In this document: positions 24,671 to 36,188 of the stretch, one piece after another
Numbering within the stretch: the first letter of the stretch is position 1
How the letters are laid out: every line of letters begins with the position of its first letter
Origin: Macrostomum hystrix
Taxonomy: Eukaryota > Animalia > Platyhelminthes
Direction of reading: 5' to 3'
Length of the DNA stretch: 64,000 nucleotides
Assembly: GCA_950097015.1 (NCBI GenBank)
Contig: CATNEN010000039.1
Location: forward strand, 1-64,000
Program-made: the position numbers and the translations under genes
The notes under the pieces: model-generated
Databases searched by the model: none
Told to the model about the DNA's origin: nothing
The model's input: the letters and a program-made list of their open reading frames with translations, nothing else

Positions 24671-25758
24671 TGCTGCTGATTGGGATTGGCTGATCCAGAA
24701 CTTCGGCAGAACTTGGCAACATGCCCGCTCTTGCCACAACTGAAGCAGATCTGCGGCGGGCGATCCTGTTGCTGCTGCTGCTGATAGTTCTGCTTTTGAA
24801 TGTTTGACTGTTGTCTCTGCTGATAACTCTGCTGCTGATAATTCTGCTGCGGTCTCTGCTGATAGTTCGGCTGCTGATAATTCTGCTGTGGTCTGTGCTG
24901 ATAGTTCTGTTGCTGTTTCGGCTGGTAGTTCTGCTGCTGATAGTTCTGCTGCTGATGGTTCTGCTGATTGTAGTTCTGCGGCTGATAGTTCGGCTGCTGA
25001 TAATTCTGCTGCTGCCGTTGCTGCAAGTTCTGAGTGGCCATCTGGACACTGAGCATGAGTTCTTGCATGGTTCGCTTCTGTTGTTCCAATTCTTCTTGCT
25101 GTTTCAGCAGCATTTCTTCAATCCTGCTATGCTTTCTTTGTTCTGCTTCATCAGTCTTGGCCATCTTCATGCTGACGCCTTTGTGGGACATATTCCACGC
25201 TGTTTCCATGCGTCTCAGCATCCTTCGTGCATCTTGCAGAGTAGCTGGCGCAGCGAAGATAAGTTTTTCTCTAGTCTCAGCCGGAACTTTCACTCCTTTG
25301 ATGAATTGCTCTATTATTTCTTCTTCTCTTTGTTCTGCGGTCATATTCGGGAATGCTCTAGTAGCTAGTTCAATAAGAGCGTCGGAGAAACTTTCTACTG
25401 GTTCATTGCGTCCTTGGCAACGGCTTCTAAATTCTTCCCTAAACTCGGCAGAGCTTCCTGTTCTTCCGAAGCGTTCCACCAGTCTTTCTTTAAATTCTTC
25501 ATAGTCTAGATTGTCCGGCAAGTTCATACGCTGCACTGCGGCAAACGCAGTTGAGAGATCGAGGTTGGCTAGAAGCTCGCGCTTCCTGTGTGCCTCCTCT
25601 ATTCCTTCAGCTTCGCAGCGCTGGTCAAAGGCTGTCAGCCAAATTCTGATTTCCTGATTTGGCGTGTACTTTTGGATTTTGACATGTCTCATCGGTCCTA
25701 GCTCTAACCGATTTCTTAGTTCTTCCGCCAGCATGGCGATTGCATCATTGGCATTCAT
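24661..25758 (-). CDS. gag: Retrotransposon Gag, 365 aa (capsid-like region, coiled coil, Q/N/Y-rich repeats, CCHC zinc knuckle)
   Basis: YEEFKERLVERFG, major-homology-region-like RCQGRNEPVESFSDALIELATRAFP, EQFIKG, knuckle CFSCGKSGHVAKFC, QGN* end. Confidence 0.92.
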   Translation of the reverse strand: MNANDAIAMLAEELRNRLELGPMRHVKIQKYTPNQEIRIWLTAFDQRCEAEGIEEAHRKRELLANLDLSTAFAAVQRMNLPDNLDYEEFKERLVERFGRTGSSAEFREEFRSRCQGRNEPVESFSDALIELATRAFPNMTAEQREEEIIEQFIKGVKVPAETREKLIFAAPATLQDARRMLRRMETAWNMSHKGVSMKMAKTDEAEQRKHSRIEEMLLKQQEELEQQKRTMQELMLSVQMATQNLQQRQQQNYQQPNYQPQNYNQQNHQQQNYQQQNYQPKQQQNYQHRPQQNYQQPNYQQRPQQNYQQQSYQQRQQSNIQKQNYQQQQQQDRPPQICFSCGKSGHVAKFCRSSGSANPNQQQGN

Positions 25759-25825
25759 TGTTTGATTAATTTGACTATAAATGGCTTATTTCTAAGTAAG
25801 TTTCCGCTGCTTTTCCGATCCCTTT

Positions 25826-25837
25826 CCGCTGCCACCA
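25826..25837 (-). promoter_or_regulatory. Primer-binding site TGGTGGCAGCGG (complementary to the tRNA-Leu 3' end ...CCGCTGCCACCA)
   Basis: 3 nt downstream of the LTR end ...CTACGACA on the minus strand and ~70 nt upstream of the gag ATG. Confidence 0.8.
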
Positions 25838-25840
25838 AGT

Positions 25841-26438
25841 TGTCGTAGCGCCCCTCTCTTCTTCGTATTCCTCTTATTAATAATTCAAATTCTCCTCTTT
25901 CTAATAGTTCATTTGGAAACTGCCTCTTCCAGATTCCTTACTAATTTACCCTCGGTCACCCGTAGTGACCCGTTAATCCGCACCCTCACTGGGTGGGCTA
26001 ATACAAACTATGATAGTTTGGGTAGCGTGGCTTTCACACGATGTTTTTCTGGTCTCCTGCCAGTGATACTCTAGATTCTTAGATCTAGTTAATTCTGGAG
26101 ACTATGCTCACAGGTATTTCAGACACTGGGTCAGACAATTCGGGCTCTTTGGCCAGTCTGTACTCGGGCTTTCCCCGGATCGGAATGTTCGCAGTTTCCA
26201 CTTACTTTAGAAATAAGTAAGGCTTTGTAAGTTACTCGCGAGGAGAATTGAACTGTTTCTTAATAGGCTCGAAACGGTTAGTTTTTCCCTAAAGATTTTC
26301 CCTTGTATTTATATGAAACTGATTGGATATTCCCAGTATATTCTCAGTATATTTTACCACATTAAAACAAACCATTCGACAGAATATTTAAAAATATTTC
26401 AGGTACCAATTTGAATTTAACGAGTGAGGCCCGTCACA
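25841..26438 (-). repeat. Candidate 5' LTR, ~598 bp (TGTGACGG...CTACGACA)
   Basis: TG...CA termini, adjacent PBS, TATA-like ATATAAATAC near 26305-26314 on the minus strand. Outer boundary inferred because no second LTR is available. Confidence 0.65.
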
Positions 26439-26562
26439 ATAGCTCATATCTGCTATTATAGGAAGAAGATATCTATTTTTATAGGGCCCAAAGACAATAC
26501 AAACAAGTAGATAATAGAAGTAGAATGCAGAAAATTTGTTTGACTTTTGCGAATTGCCATCA

Positions 26563-26775
26563 CTTGCAGATGCGACCTGCTCTTCAAAGCGTGCTGAATT
26601 CTCTCCCTGTCCCAATTCTTGCAGATGCGACCTGCTCTTCAAAGCGTGCTGAATTCTCTCCCTGTCCCAATTCTTGCAGATGCGACCTGCTCTTCAAAGC
26701 GTGCTGAATTCTCTCCCTGTCCCAATTCTTGCAGATGCGACCTGCTCTTCAAAGCGTGCCGAGTTCTCTCCCTGT
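26563..26775 (+). repeat. 55-bp tandem repeat (TTCTCTCCCTGTCCCAATTCTTGCAGATGCGACCTGCTCTTCAAAGCGTGC(C/T)GA(A/G)); also at 31016-31192 and 36267-36443
   Basis: 3-4 tandem units at each locus; marks the 3' flank of the NTPase-nuclease gene unit. Confidence 0.92.
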
Positions 26776-27532
26776 GCCGCAATTCCTTATTCATCTCACC
26801 TCAATGCACTTTCACCTCAAACGCAATCAACATAATATTGTGCACCACGTGTCATTTTTCTATTTACTCCTTTTTCAGTTATTTGCAGTTATTTTCAAAA
26901 TAGAACATACACAAATTTTATTGAATAGACAAGGGCAAGAATTTTTTGGGTAAGAGGTAATTAGGAGATTTTACATATTCTGCTTTGAAAGAAACAATTA
27001 TAACGAATAATGGCACGCAGTTATTAATACATCTCGAAGCACGACATTTAGTAAAACCTCCAAGGTACAGCGAAAGTGCACAAATGCACCACTCACGAAA
27101 TTCAATAGAATATTTATTTATCGAACGCAAAACATGGGGCTCTATTTTCTAACAGATTCATTTATTTACATTTAGAACATTTATAAGAAACAGCCGGCCC
27201 CACACAACGTTGCATGCGCACTCAGTGTCAGCATTATTATTTTAATGATACAATTGTTTTAATGATCTGTAGTAATGTAATTATAATGTACATATGTAAT
27301 GTAATGTACATATGTAATGTAATGTACATATGTAATTATTTTAATAATATTATAATCCTTTCCAGTTTTGCATTTGTTTTTGCCTATGAAATCAATAAAT
27401 CCAATAAGAACTGCTTGTATTTACGCTCGCAATGTTGTTTTATTGTGCACAAAACATGGAGCATTGTTTTTTTGTTCATTTTTGCTTTAGACTGGAGAAT
27501 GAGGTGAGGGGTGGCTAGGTTGGGAATTGGGT
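26563..27532 (+). other. Diverged, gene-less 3' flank of a third copy of the NTPase-nuclease unit
   Basis: Shares the 55-bp repeats and the blocks ATTGTGCACCACGTGTC, GGCACGCAGTTATTAATAC and ATCAATAAATCCAATAAGAAC with 31016-32100, with indels. Confidence 0.85.
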
Positions 27533-27846
27533 GGCTAGGTGGGGAGGTTTGTCGGGCTAGGTGGGGAGTTGGCTAGGTGGGGAGTTGGCTAGGTGGGGAA
27601 TTCAATCCCCAATTGAATTGGGGAGTTGGGTGGCTTGGGTGTTTGTGTTTAGCAATGAGCATTTAGTGATGAGCATTTAGCAATGAGTGTTTAGCGATGA
27701 GCATTTAGCAATGAGTGTTTAGATTAGCAAGACTAGGAAATGCTGAAGCAGATGCGAAAGGAAATGACAAGGAACACCTGGCCCGAGAGTCAGCAGCCTG
27801 ATCAGTCAATCAGTCAGTCACTCGCTTCGCTCACATTTCAGCTCGC

Positions 27847-30800
27847 ATGCAGATGGCGCAGCCGTCGAAGGTGTGGACCCTGGACGATGTGGTAAGTAAT
27901 AAATATTAACTACTGAATTGCGACATGGTATGACATGAATTCAATGCACATCTTTAATTTGTTCTGCAGAAGCAACTTCTGGAGCACTTTCCATTCGGCT
28001 GCATATCCAGCAGTGGTGAAGAACTCTTTGGTATGCCGAGAAACTTCAGGCATGTTGCTTCGAGACTAACAGCCAATCCACAACTGACGTCGATTGTCAT
28101 GTATACTGGTGCATATCAAAGTGGGAAGACTCTCATTACCAATCTGTTGAAATCGCGATTTGATAAAGATGGCATCCCGTATTGTTCTGTGCCAGATTTG
28201 TCATGTCGGGCAAAAATAACAGAAACTCTACTGACGCTAGGAAATTGCCCTGATCCTAGGAAGTCATATTTTAGAGTTCCAGATTTTGCCGACTACGTGT
28301 TGCATATGGGTTTTCAACGCGAGAAGTTTAATCTTAAGCACCTTGCTATGAAGTTTCGTGAAGGTGAACGCGCTCCTATCCTGAGCAGGCAACAATCGCC
28401 ACCGTTGGCGATCTTCATCTATGATGAGACCACTAAGGTCGATACCACTCTTGGTTTTCGCGGGAGATCTGGCAGTGATCATATGTTGTATGATACCTCG
28501 CAGGCTTCGCTGCCGCCAGCGGCGGAACTTTTCTTTTGTGAGAGTGAAGCGCCCGTTAAAAGCAATTCGGTTCCTTTCCCATTAAATGCGACCACTGAAT
28601 CGGATAATTGTTTTTACTCGTTAAATCCGGAACAAAATATTTTCGGCAGATTTTGTCGCTGTCTTCTAGAATCCATGGACGGCAGCGGAAGAAGTTCTGT
28701 ACTGTTCTGCACTAGCCAGCTGTATTTCCCACAGTCCCAACAGGGTCTCAGTTCTTGGAATGGCCAATATGGTTTTTCTGGATCCGATCGCCAATACATA
28801 TGCAGGTACCTATCACCGCCAAGCATGCTTTGTTCCAAACACATCGAGCCAAATGACAAGACTCCGTGCAAAGCATCCAACTGTGTTGCTCGTTTTGTCC
28901 GAAAGAAACTTAAGCCTATCATTATTCAGGCTCGCGCTGCAAACATCGAAATCACTGAGGAAAATTGCCATACGTTGGTGATTGTGGGAATGTACCTGCT
29001 CAGCTCAGTCTACGATGCCTTCACGACGTTTCTAAACAGGTTGAACGATGTGAGCGCTTGTAAAACAGGTGCTAACAATTTCAATGGTATGCTCTCAGTA
29101 GCAGAGGAATGCATGCTAGGCACTTTGAAATCTAAGAAATGTCACAGAGGTTTGGAAAGGACTCTGCTCGTCACCTGTGGAGAGAACTCTCCTGACCGCA
29201 TTCGACTTCTAGCAAAGTTGGTCGTCGCAATTCTAACGAGTTATCCAGTTGACACTGGCCGCTTTGTGGTGAGAGAAGCACTTCGGAATTCGTTGTTCAG
29301 CCTCTCTGAGCCCTGCGACCTGTCCAGTGGCAAGATTCTGCCGCCTTTCACGGATTCTGTTTTTGCTTCCACTCAGTTTATCGTCCGGCCGGATTTCTGC
29401 CTCCTGAAGCTCTGCATTGAGATGATTCTGAACGCAAAGCCACGGATCCCATCGCGATTCAGGAGACAGATTGAATACGATATCAATAACATGAAGCCCA
29501 TTCTGACGCAACGTGATAAATGCCGACAAAGTTCTGGCACAGTGGCTGGCAACCAGTTTGAACGTGTCATGATCTCGAGGCTGCGCCTGATCCTCCGGAT
29601 GCTGCACCTTTCGGAGGTCAGATTTAATGAGAAAGAGAGTCCATCGCTATGCTCACTATTACACTGGGAGATTGTTGCATCGACCAACGTGATCTCTGAT
29701 CCGGACGACAGTGCGTCCTTGTCCGCGACCGCGACCTCACCTGATCCAGACAACACAGTGTACCCTGACGACACAGTGGATTCTGATCCAGATGATGCAG
29801 ATGATCCAGATGATGCAGCGCAGCACGTCCTCATGCCGCTTGGCGGCAGTATGTCTCCTGCTGTGAATTCAGTCCAATGTTCTGGTGATGCTGTGACATG
29901 GAGGAGCATTCAACGTAGCGCTAAAGTGCTGCGCTCTGCTCTGACAGCTACAGACGGAAGAGCTGGGATCCTGCTTGTCTCATCGGCTAATTGCAGGAGC
30001 AGTTTTTCCGGCGTCGATGTAGTAATGTTCTTTGCTCAGAAGAATCGCGTCGGCATCTACTTCATTGAGAGTAAGTAAATTTATTGCCAATGACAACTAA
30101 AAGAAAATTCGGAAATGAAAATTACCCTTTTAACACACTAACCCCGTGTCTTACATCCATAACAATTCCAGTGAAGTCGAGTGCTTTTGCAAATTCCCGA
30201 TCAACTGCTAAGGTGAAGCTTGATAAGTGCAGTGGATGGGCCAAATCTCTGAAGACTGAAACTGCAAGGGGTCTCGGTGTCGAGGAAGATGTTGTCTCCT
30301 GCATCTATGTCCTTGAGGCATGGAGGATAAGACAGCCTGAAAATCTTACTCTGATCGAGCCATTCGTCCAGTTCCTGTCATCCGACTTGTCCCCGGAACG
30401 ACTGTGTCGCATTCCCTCACTGGCCCTGATTGCGCCTTTGAATTTGATGGTCCACGAGGATTGCCTCATCAAATTAAAGAGGTGGGACTCGGGCACTTTG
30501 AACGAATCGATCGACTCTAACTACGAGAATCTTATTGTGGTAAGTTTGTGTATGGCTACTGCACCAACGAAGGATGTTAAAAATCGCTTGCATTTGAAAT
30601 TGAATGTATTTGTGACATTTTTTAAAATCTACCATTCTTAAATTATCGCCTACATTTGTTCCAGCCGGTGCCGGAGCGACTGACGACTGACGAGCGGTCC
30701 CCAGTGCCAGAAACATTGATTCATGATGAAGTGGAACAACTGAGACAGCAACTGAAGAGGGCGCAGCAGGAGAAGCAGCAGATGGCGAAGCAGCTGAAGG

Positions 30801-30937
30801 AGCTGGTAGAGAAGCAGCAGGCGCCAAAGCGTCAGTCGACGGAACCGATCTCTGCTAAGGAAAATTCTCCCTCGAAGCTGTCACGGCAGGCGTCGTCTCC
30901 GTCGCCGCTCACTCCGTCAATGAATGCGCTTCGCTAG
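27847..30937 (+). CDS. 4-exon gene join(27847..27891,27970..30070,30172..30539,30665..30937), ~928 aa: SAM-like header + P-loop NTPase + PD-(D/E)xK nuclease + coiled coil (Crinkler/RHS-type CR protein), copy 1
   Basis: Three GTAAGT...CAG introns that all keep frame (2787 nt total); Walker A GAYQSGKT (28108-28131), Walker B IFIYDE (28411-28428), GNQFE helix (29548-29562), SFSGVDVVMF...IYFIE-M-K across intron 2; N-terminal WTLDDVKQLL. Confidence 0.8.
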
Positions 30938-31742
30938 CGCGCTTCGCTATGCTAACTCCTATGTTTATTGTATGTATTGTGCCACGGCATTTTCATTTCC
31001 ATTGTACAGGATATATTCTCTCCCTGTCCCAATTCTTGCAGATGCGACCTGCTCTTCAAAGCGTGCCGAATTCTCTCCCTGTCCCAATTCTTGCAGATGC
31101 GACCTGCTCTTCAAAGCGTGCCGAGTTCTCTCCCTGTCCCAATTCTTGCAGATGCGACCTGCTCTTCAAAGCGTGCCGAGTTCTCTCCCTGTGCCGCAAT
31201 TCCTTATTCATCTCACCTCAATGCACTTTCACCTCAAACGCAATCAACATAATATTGTGCACCACGTGTCATTTTTCTATTTACTCCATTTTACTACATT
31301 TTTTACTACATATTACTACATTTTATGGCACGCAGTTATTAATACATCTCGAAGCACGACATTTAGTAAAACCTCCAAGGTACAGCGAAAGTGCACCAAT
31401 GCACCACTCACGAAATTCAATAGAATATTTATTTATCGAACGCAAAACATGGGGCTCTATTTTCTAACAGATTCATTTATTTACATTAAGAACATTTATA
31501 AGAAACAGCCGGCCCCACACAACGTTGCATGCGCACTCAGTGTCTGTGTCAGCATTATTATTTTAATGATAAAATTGTTTTAATGATATTTATTATTTTA
31601 TTGTAATTATTTTAATGATATTATAATCCTTTCTATACACTTTTTTTGTATCCAATTTCTTCAGGTCATGCAAACCTAAAATCGATTAATTTTGATTTCC
31701 TCATCTTGGTTGACCTGTAATAATAATACGGTGATAATTCAA

Positions 31743-31880
31743 GAGTAGGTTGGGTAGAGCGTAGGAGTAGGTTGGGTAGAGCGTAGGAGTAGGTTGGGTA
31801 GAGCGTAGGAGTAGGTTGGGTAGAGTGTTGGAGTAGGTTGGGTAGAGTGAAGGAGTAGAATGGGTAGGGTAGGTAGAGTA
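31743..31880 (+). repeat. 22-bp purine-rich repeat GAGTAGGTTGGGTAGAGCGTAG (second copy 36994-37153, one unit longer)
   Basis: Tandem units visible. Confidence 0.9.
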
Positions 31881-32096
31881 GAGAGCGGATTCTGAACGGG
31901 ATGAGAGGAGGCGGTATACAGGACGTGTCAACATAGTATTGTGCACCACGTGTCATTTTTCTGTTTTTGCTTTTGATATCAATAAATCCAATAAGAACTG
32001 CTCGTATTTACGCTCGCAATGTTGTTTTATTGTGCACAAAACATGGAGCATTGTTTTTTTGTTCATTTTTGCTTTAGACTGGAGAATGAGATGAGG

Positions 32097-32890
32097 GGTG
32101 GCTAGGTTGGGAATTGGGTGGCTAGGTGGGGAGTTGGGTGGCTAGGTTGGGAGGTTTGTCGGGCTAGGTGGGGAGTTGGCTAGGTGGGGAATTCGGTGGC
32201 TAGGTGGGGAATTGGGTGGCTAGGTGGGGAGTTGGGTGGCGAGGTGGGGAGTTGGGTGGCTAGGTTGGGAGGTTTGTCGGGCTAGTTGGGGAGTTGGCTA
32301 GGTGGGGAATTGGGTGGCTAGGTGGGGAGTTGGCTGGCTAGGTGGGGTGTTGGGTGGCTAGGTGGGGAGTTGGCTGGCTAGGTGGGGAGTTGGCTGGCTA
32401 GGTGGGGTGTTGGGTGGCTAGGTGGGCAGTTGGGTGGCTAGGTGGGGAGTTGGCTGGCTAGGTGGGGTGTTGGGTGGCTAGGTGGGCAGTTGGGTGGCTA
32501 GGTGGGGAGTTGGCTAGGTGGGGTGTTGGCTAGGTGGGGAGTTAGGTGGCTAGGTGGGGTGTTGGCTAGGTGGGGAGTTGGGTGGCTGGGTGGGCAGTTG
32601 GGTGGCTAGGTGGGGAGTTGGCTAGGTGGGGTGTTGGCTAGGTGGGGAGTTGGGTGGCTGGGTGGGCAGTTGGGTGGCTAGGTGGGCAGTTGGGTGGCTA
32701 GGTGGGGAGTTGGCTAGGTGGGGAGTTGGCTGGCTAGGTGGGCAGTTGGGTGGCTAGGTGGGGAGTTGGCTAGGTGGGGTGTTGGCTAGGTGGGGAGGTT
32801 TGTCGGGCTAGGTGGGGAGTTGGCTAGGTGGGGAGTTGGCTAGGTGGGGAATTCAATCCCCAATTGAATTGGGGAGTTGGGTGGCTTGGG
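32097..32890 (+). repeat. G-rich 16/20-bp minisatellite GGCTAGGTGGGGAGTT(GGGT), G-quadruplex potential; short version at 27508-27640
   Basis: Dense GGG/GGGG runs on the + strand directly upstream of each gene copy. Confidence 0.93.
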
Positions 32891-33097
32891 TGTTTGTGTT
32901 TAGCAATGAGCATTTAGTGATGAGCATTTAGCAATGAGTGTTTAGCGATGAGCATTTAGCAATGAGTGTTTAGATTAGCAAGACTAGGAAATGCTGAAGC
33001 AGATGCGAAAGGAAATGACAAGGAACACCTGGCCCGAGAGTCAGCAGCCTGATCAGTCAATCAGTCAGTCACTCGCTTCGCTCACATTTCAGCTCGC

Positions 33098-36000
33098 ATG
33101 CAGATGGCGCAGCCGTCGAAGGTGTGGACCCTGGACGATGTGGTAAGTAATAAATATTAACTACTGAATTGCGACATGGTATGACATGAATTCAATGCAC
33201 ATCTTTAATTTGTTCTGCAGAAGCAACTTCTGGAGCACTTTCCATTCGGCTGCATATCCAGCAGTGGTGAAGAACTCTTTGGTATGCCGAGAAACTTCAG
33301 GCATGTTGCTTCGAGACTAACAGCCAATCCACAACTGACGTCGATTGTCATGTATACTGGTGCATATCAAAGTGGGAAGACTCTCATTACCAATCTGTTG
33401 AAATCGCGATTTGATAAAGATGGCATCCCGTATTGTTCTGTGCCAGATTTGTCATGTCGGGCAAAAATAACAGAAACTCTACTGACGCTAGGAAATTGCC
33501 CTGATCCTAGGAAGTCATATTTTAGAGTTCCAGATTTTGCCGACTACGTGTTGCATATGGGTTTTCAACGCGAGAAGTTTAATCTTAAGCACCTTGCTAT
33601 GAAGTTTCGTGAAGGTGAACGCGCTCCTATCCTGAGCAGGCAACAATCGCCACCGTTGGCGATCTTCATCTATGATGAGACCACTAAGGTCGATACCACT
33701 CTTGGTTTTCGCGGGAGATCTGGCAGTGATCATATGTTGTATGATACCTCGCAGGCTTCGCTGCCGCCAGCGGCGGAACTTTTCTTTTGTGAGAGTGAAG
33801 CGCCCGTTAAAAGCAATTCGGTTCCTTTCCCATTAAATGCGACCACTGAATCGGATAATTGTTTTTACTCGTTAAATCCGGAACAAAATATTTTCGGCAG
33901 ATTTTGTCGCTGTCTTCTAGAATCCATGGACGGCAGCGGAAGAAGTTCTGTACTGTTCTGCACTAGCCAGCTGTATTTCCCACAGTCCCAACAGGGTCTC
34001 AGTTCTTGGAATGGCCAATATGGTTTTTCTGGATCCGATCGCCAATACATATGCAGGTACCTATCACCGCCAAGCATGCTTTGTTCCAAACACATCGAGC
34101 CAAATGACAAGACTCCGTGCAAAGCATCCAACTGTGTTGCTCGTTTTGTCCGAAAGAAACTTAAGCCTATCATTATTCAGGCTCGCGCTGCAAACATCGA
34201 AATCACTGAGGAAAATTGCCATACGTTGGTGATTGTGGGAATGTACCTGCTCAGCTCAGTCTACGATGCCTTCACGACGTTTCTAAACAGGTTGAACGAT
34301 GTGAGCGCTTGTAAAACAGGTGCTAACAATTTCAATGGTATGCTCTCAGTAGCAGAGGAATGCATGCTAGGCACTTTGAAATCTAAGAAATGTCACAGAG
34401 GTTTGGAAAGGACTCTGCTCGTCACCTGTGGAGAGAACTCTCCTGACCGCATTCGACTTCTAGCAAAGTTGGTCGTCGCAATTCTAACGAGTTATCCAGT
34501 TGACACTGGCCGCTTTGTGGTGAGAGAAGCACTTCGGAATTCGTTGTTCAGCCTCTCTGAGCCCTGCGACCTGTCCAGTGGCAAGATTCTGCCGCCTTTC
34601 ACGGATTCTGTTTTTGCTTCCACTCAGTTTATCGTCCGGCCGGATTTCTGCCTCCTGAAGCTCTGCATTGAGATGATTCTGAACGCAAAGCCACGGATCC
34701 CATCGCGATTCAGGAGACAGATTGAATACGATATCAATAACATGAAGCCCATTCTGACGCAACGTGATAAATGCCGACAAAGTTCTGGCACAGTGGCTGG
34801 CAACCAGTTTGAACGTGTCATGATCTCGAGGCTGCGCCTGATCCTCCGGATGCTGCACCTTTCGGAGGTCAGATTTAATGAGAAAGAGAGTCCATCGCTA
34901 TGCTCACTATTACACTGGGAGATTGTTGCATCGACCAACGTGATCTCTGATCCGGACGACAGTGCGTCCTTGTCCGCGACCGCGACCTCACCTGATCCAG
35001 ACAACACAGTGTACCCTGACGACACAGTGGATTCTGATCCAGATGATGCAGATGATCCAGATGATGCAGCGCAGCACGTCCTCATGCCGCTTGGCGGCAG
35101 TATGTCTCCTGCTGTGAATTCAGTCCAATGTTCTGGTGATGCTGTGACATGGAGGAGCATTCAACGTAGCGCTAAAGTGCTGCGCTCTGCTCTGACAGCT
35201 ACAGACGGAAGAGCTGGGATCCTGCTTGTCTCATCGGCTAATTGCAGGAGCAGTTTTTCCGGCGTCGATGTAGTAATGTTCTTTGCTCAGAAGAATCGCG
35301 TCGGCATCTACTTCATTGAGAGTAAGTAAATTTATTGCCAATGACAACTAAAAGAAAATTCGGAAATGAAAATTACCCTTTTAACACACTAACCCCGTGT
35401 CTTACATCCATAACAATTCCAGTGAAGTCGAGTGCTTTTGCAAATTCCCGATCAACTGCTAAGGTGAAGCTTGATAAGTGCAGTGGATGGGCCAAATCTC
35501 TGAAGACTGAAACTGCAAGGGGTCTCGGTGTCGAGGAAGATGTTGTCTCCTGCATCTATGTCCTTGAGGCATGGAGGATAAGACAGCCTGAAAATCTTAC
35601 TCTGATCGAGCCATTCGTCCAGTTCCTGTCATCCGACTTGTCCCCGGAACGACTGTGTCGCATTCCCTCACTGGCCCTGATTGCGCCTTTGAATTTGATG
35701 GTCCACGAGGATTGCCTCATCAAATTAAAGAGGTGGGACTCGGGCACTTTGAACGAATCGATCGACTCTAACTACGAGAATCTTATTGTGGTAAGTTTGT
35801 GTATGGCTACTGCACCAACGAAGGATGTTAAAAATCGCTTGCATTTGAAATTGAATGTATTTGTGACATTTTTTAAAATCTACCATTCTTAAATTATCGC
35901 CTACATTTGTTCCAGCCGGTGCCGGAGCGACTGACGACTGACGAGCGGTCCCCAGTGCCAGAAACATTGATTCATGATGAAGTGGAACAACTGAGACAGC

Positions 36001-36188
36001 AACTGAAGAGGGCGCAGCAGGAGAAGCAGCAGATGGCGAAGCAGCTGAAGGAGCTGGTAGAGAAGCAGCAGGCGCCAAAGCGTCAGTCGACGGAACCGAT
36101 CTCTGCTAAGGAAAATTCTCCCTCGAAGCTGTCACGGCAGGCGTCGTCTCCGTCGCCGCTCACTCCGTCAATGAATGCGCTTCGCTAG
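33098..36188 (+). CDS. Copy 2 of the SAM-like/NTPase/PD-(D/E)xK gene, join(33098..33142,33221..35321,35423..35790,35916..36188)
   Basis: Same translation and splice sites as copy 1 at offset +5251. Confidence 0.8.

Larger units (their letters stand above)
23561..26438 (-). mobile_element. Gypsy/Ty3-like LTR retrotransposon derivative: 5' LTR, PBS, gag, -1 frame acidic ORF; no recognisable pol enzymes and no 3' LTR in the window
   Basis: LTR-PBS-gag order, CCHC knuckle, GGGAAAC slippery site. Confidence 0.85.

Noticed and set aside
24081-25504. Plus-strand Ser-rich and Leu-rich ORFs
   Set aside because: Antisense shadows of the acidic ORF2 and the Q-rich gag
28033-30078. Treating the 681-aa ORF as a complete single-exon gene
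   Set aside because: Its stop lies just inside an intron that opens with a GTAAGT donor, and the frame extends upstream to an acceptor at 27969; the spliced model joins all neighbouring ORFs in frame
30924-31956. ORFs 30924..31583, 30949..31467, 31666..31956 and their duplicates
   Set aside because: Span 55-bp and 22-bp repeats and AT-rich 3' flank; the homologous third flank has indels that break them
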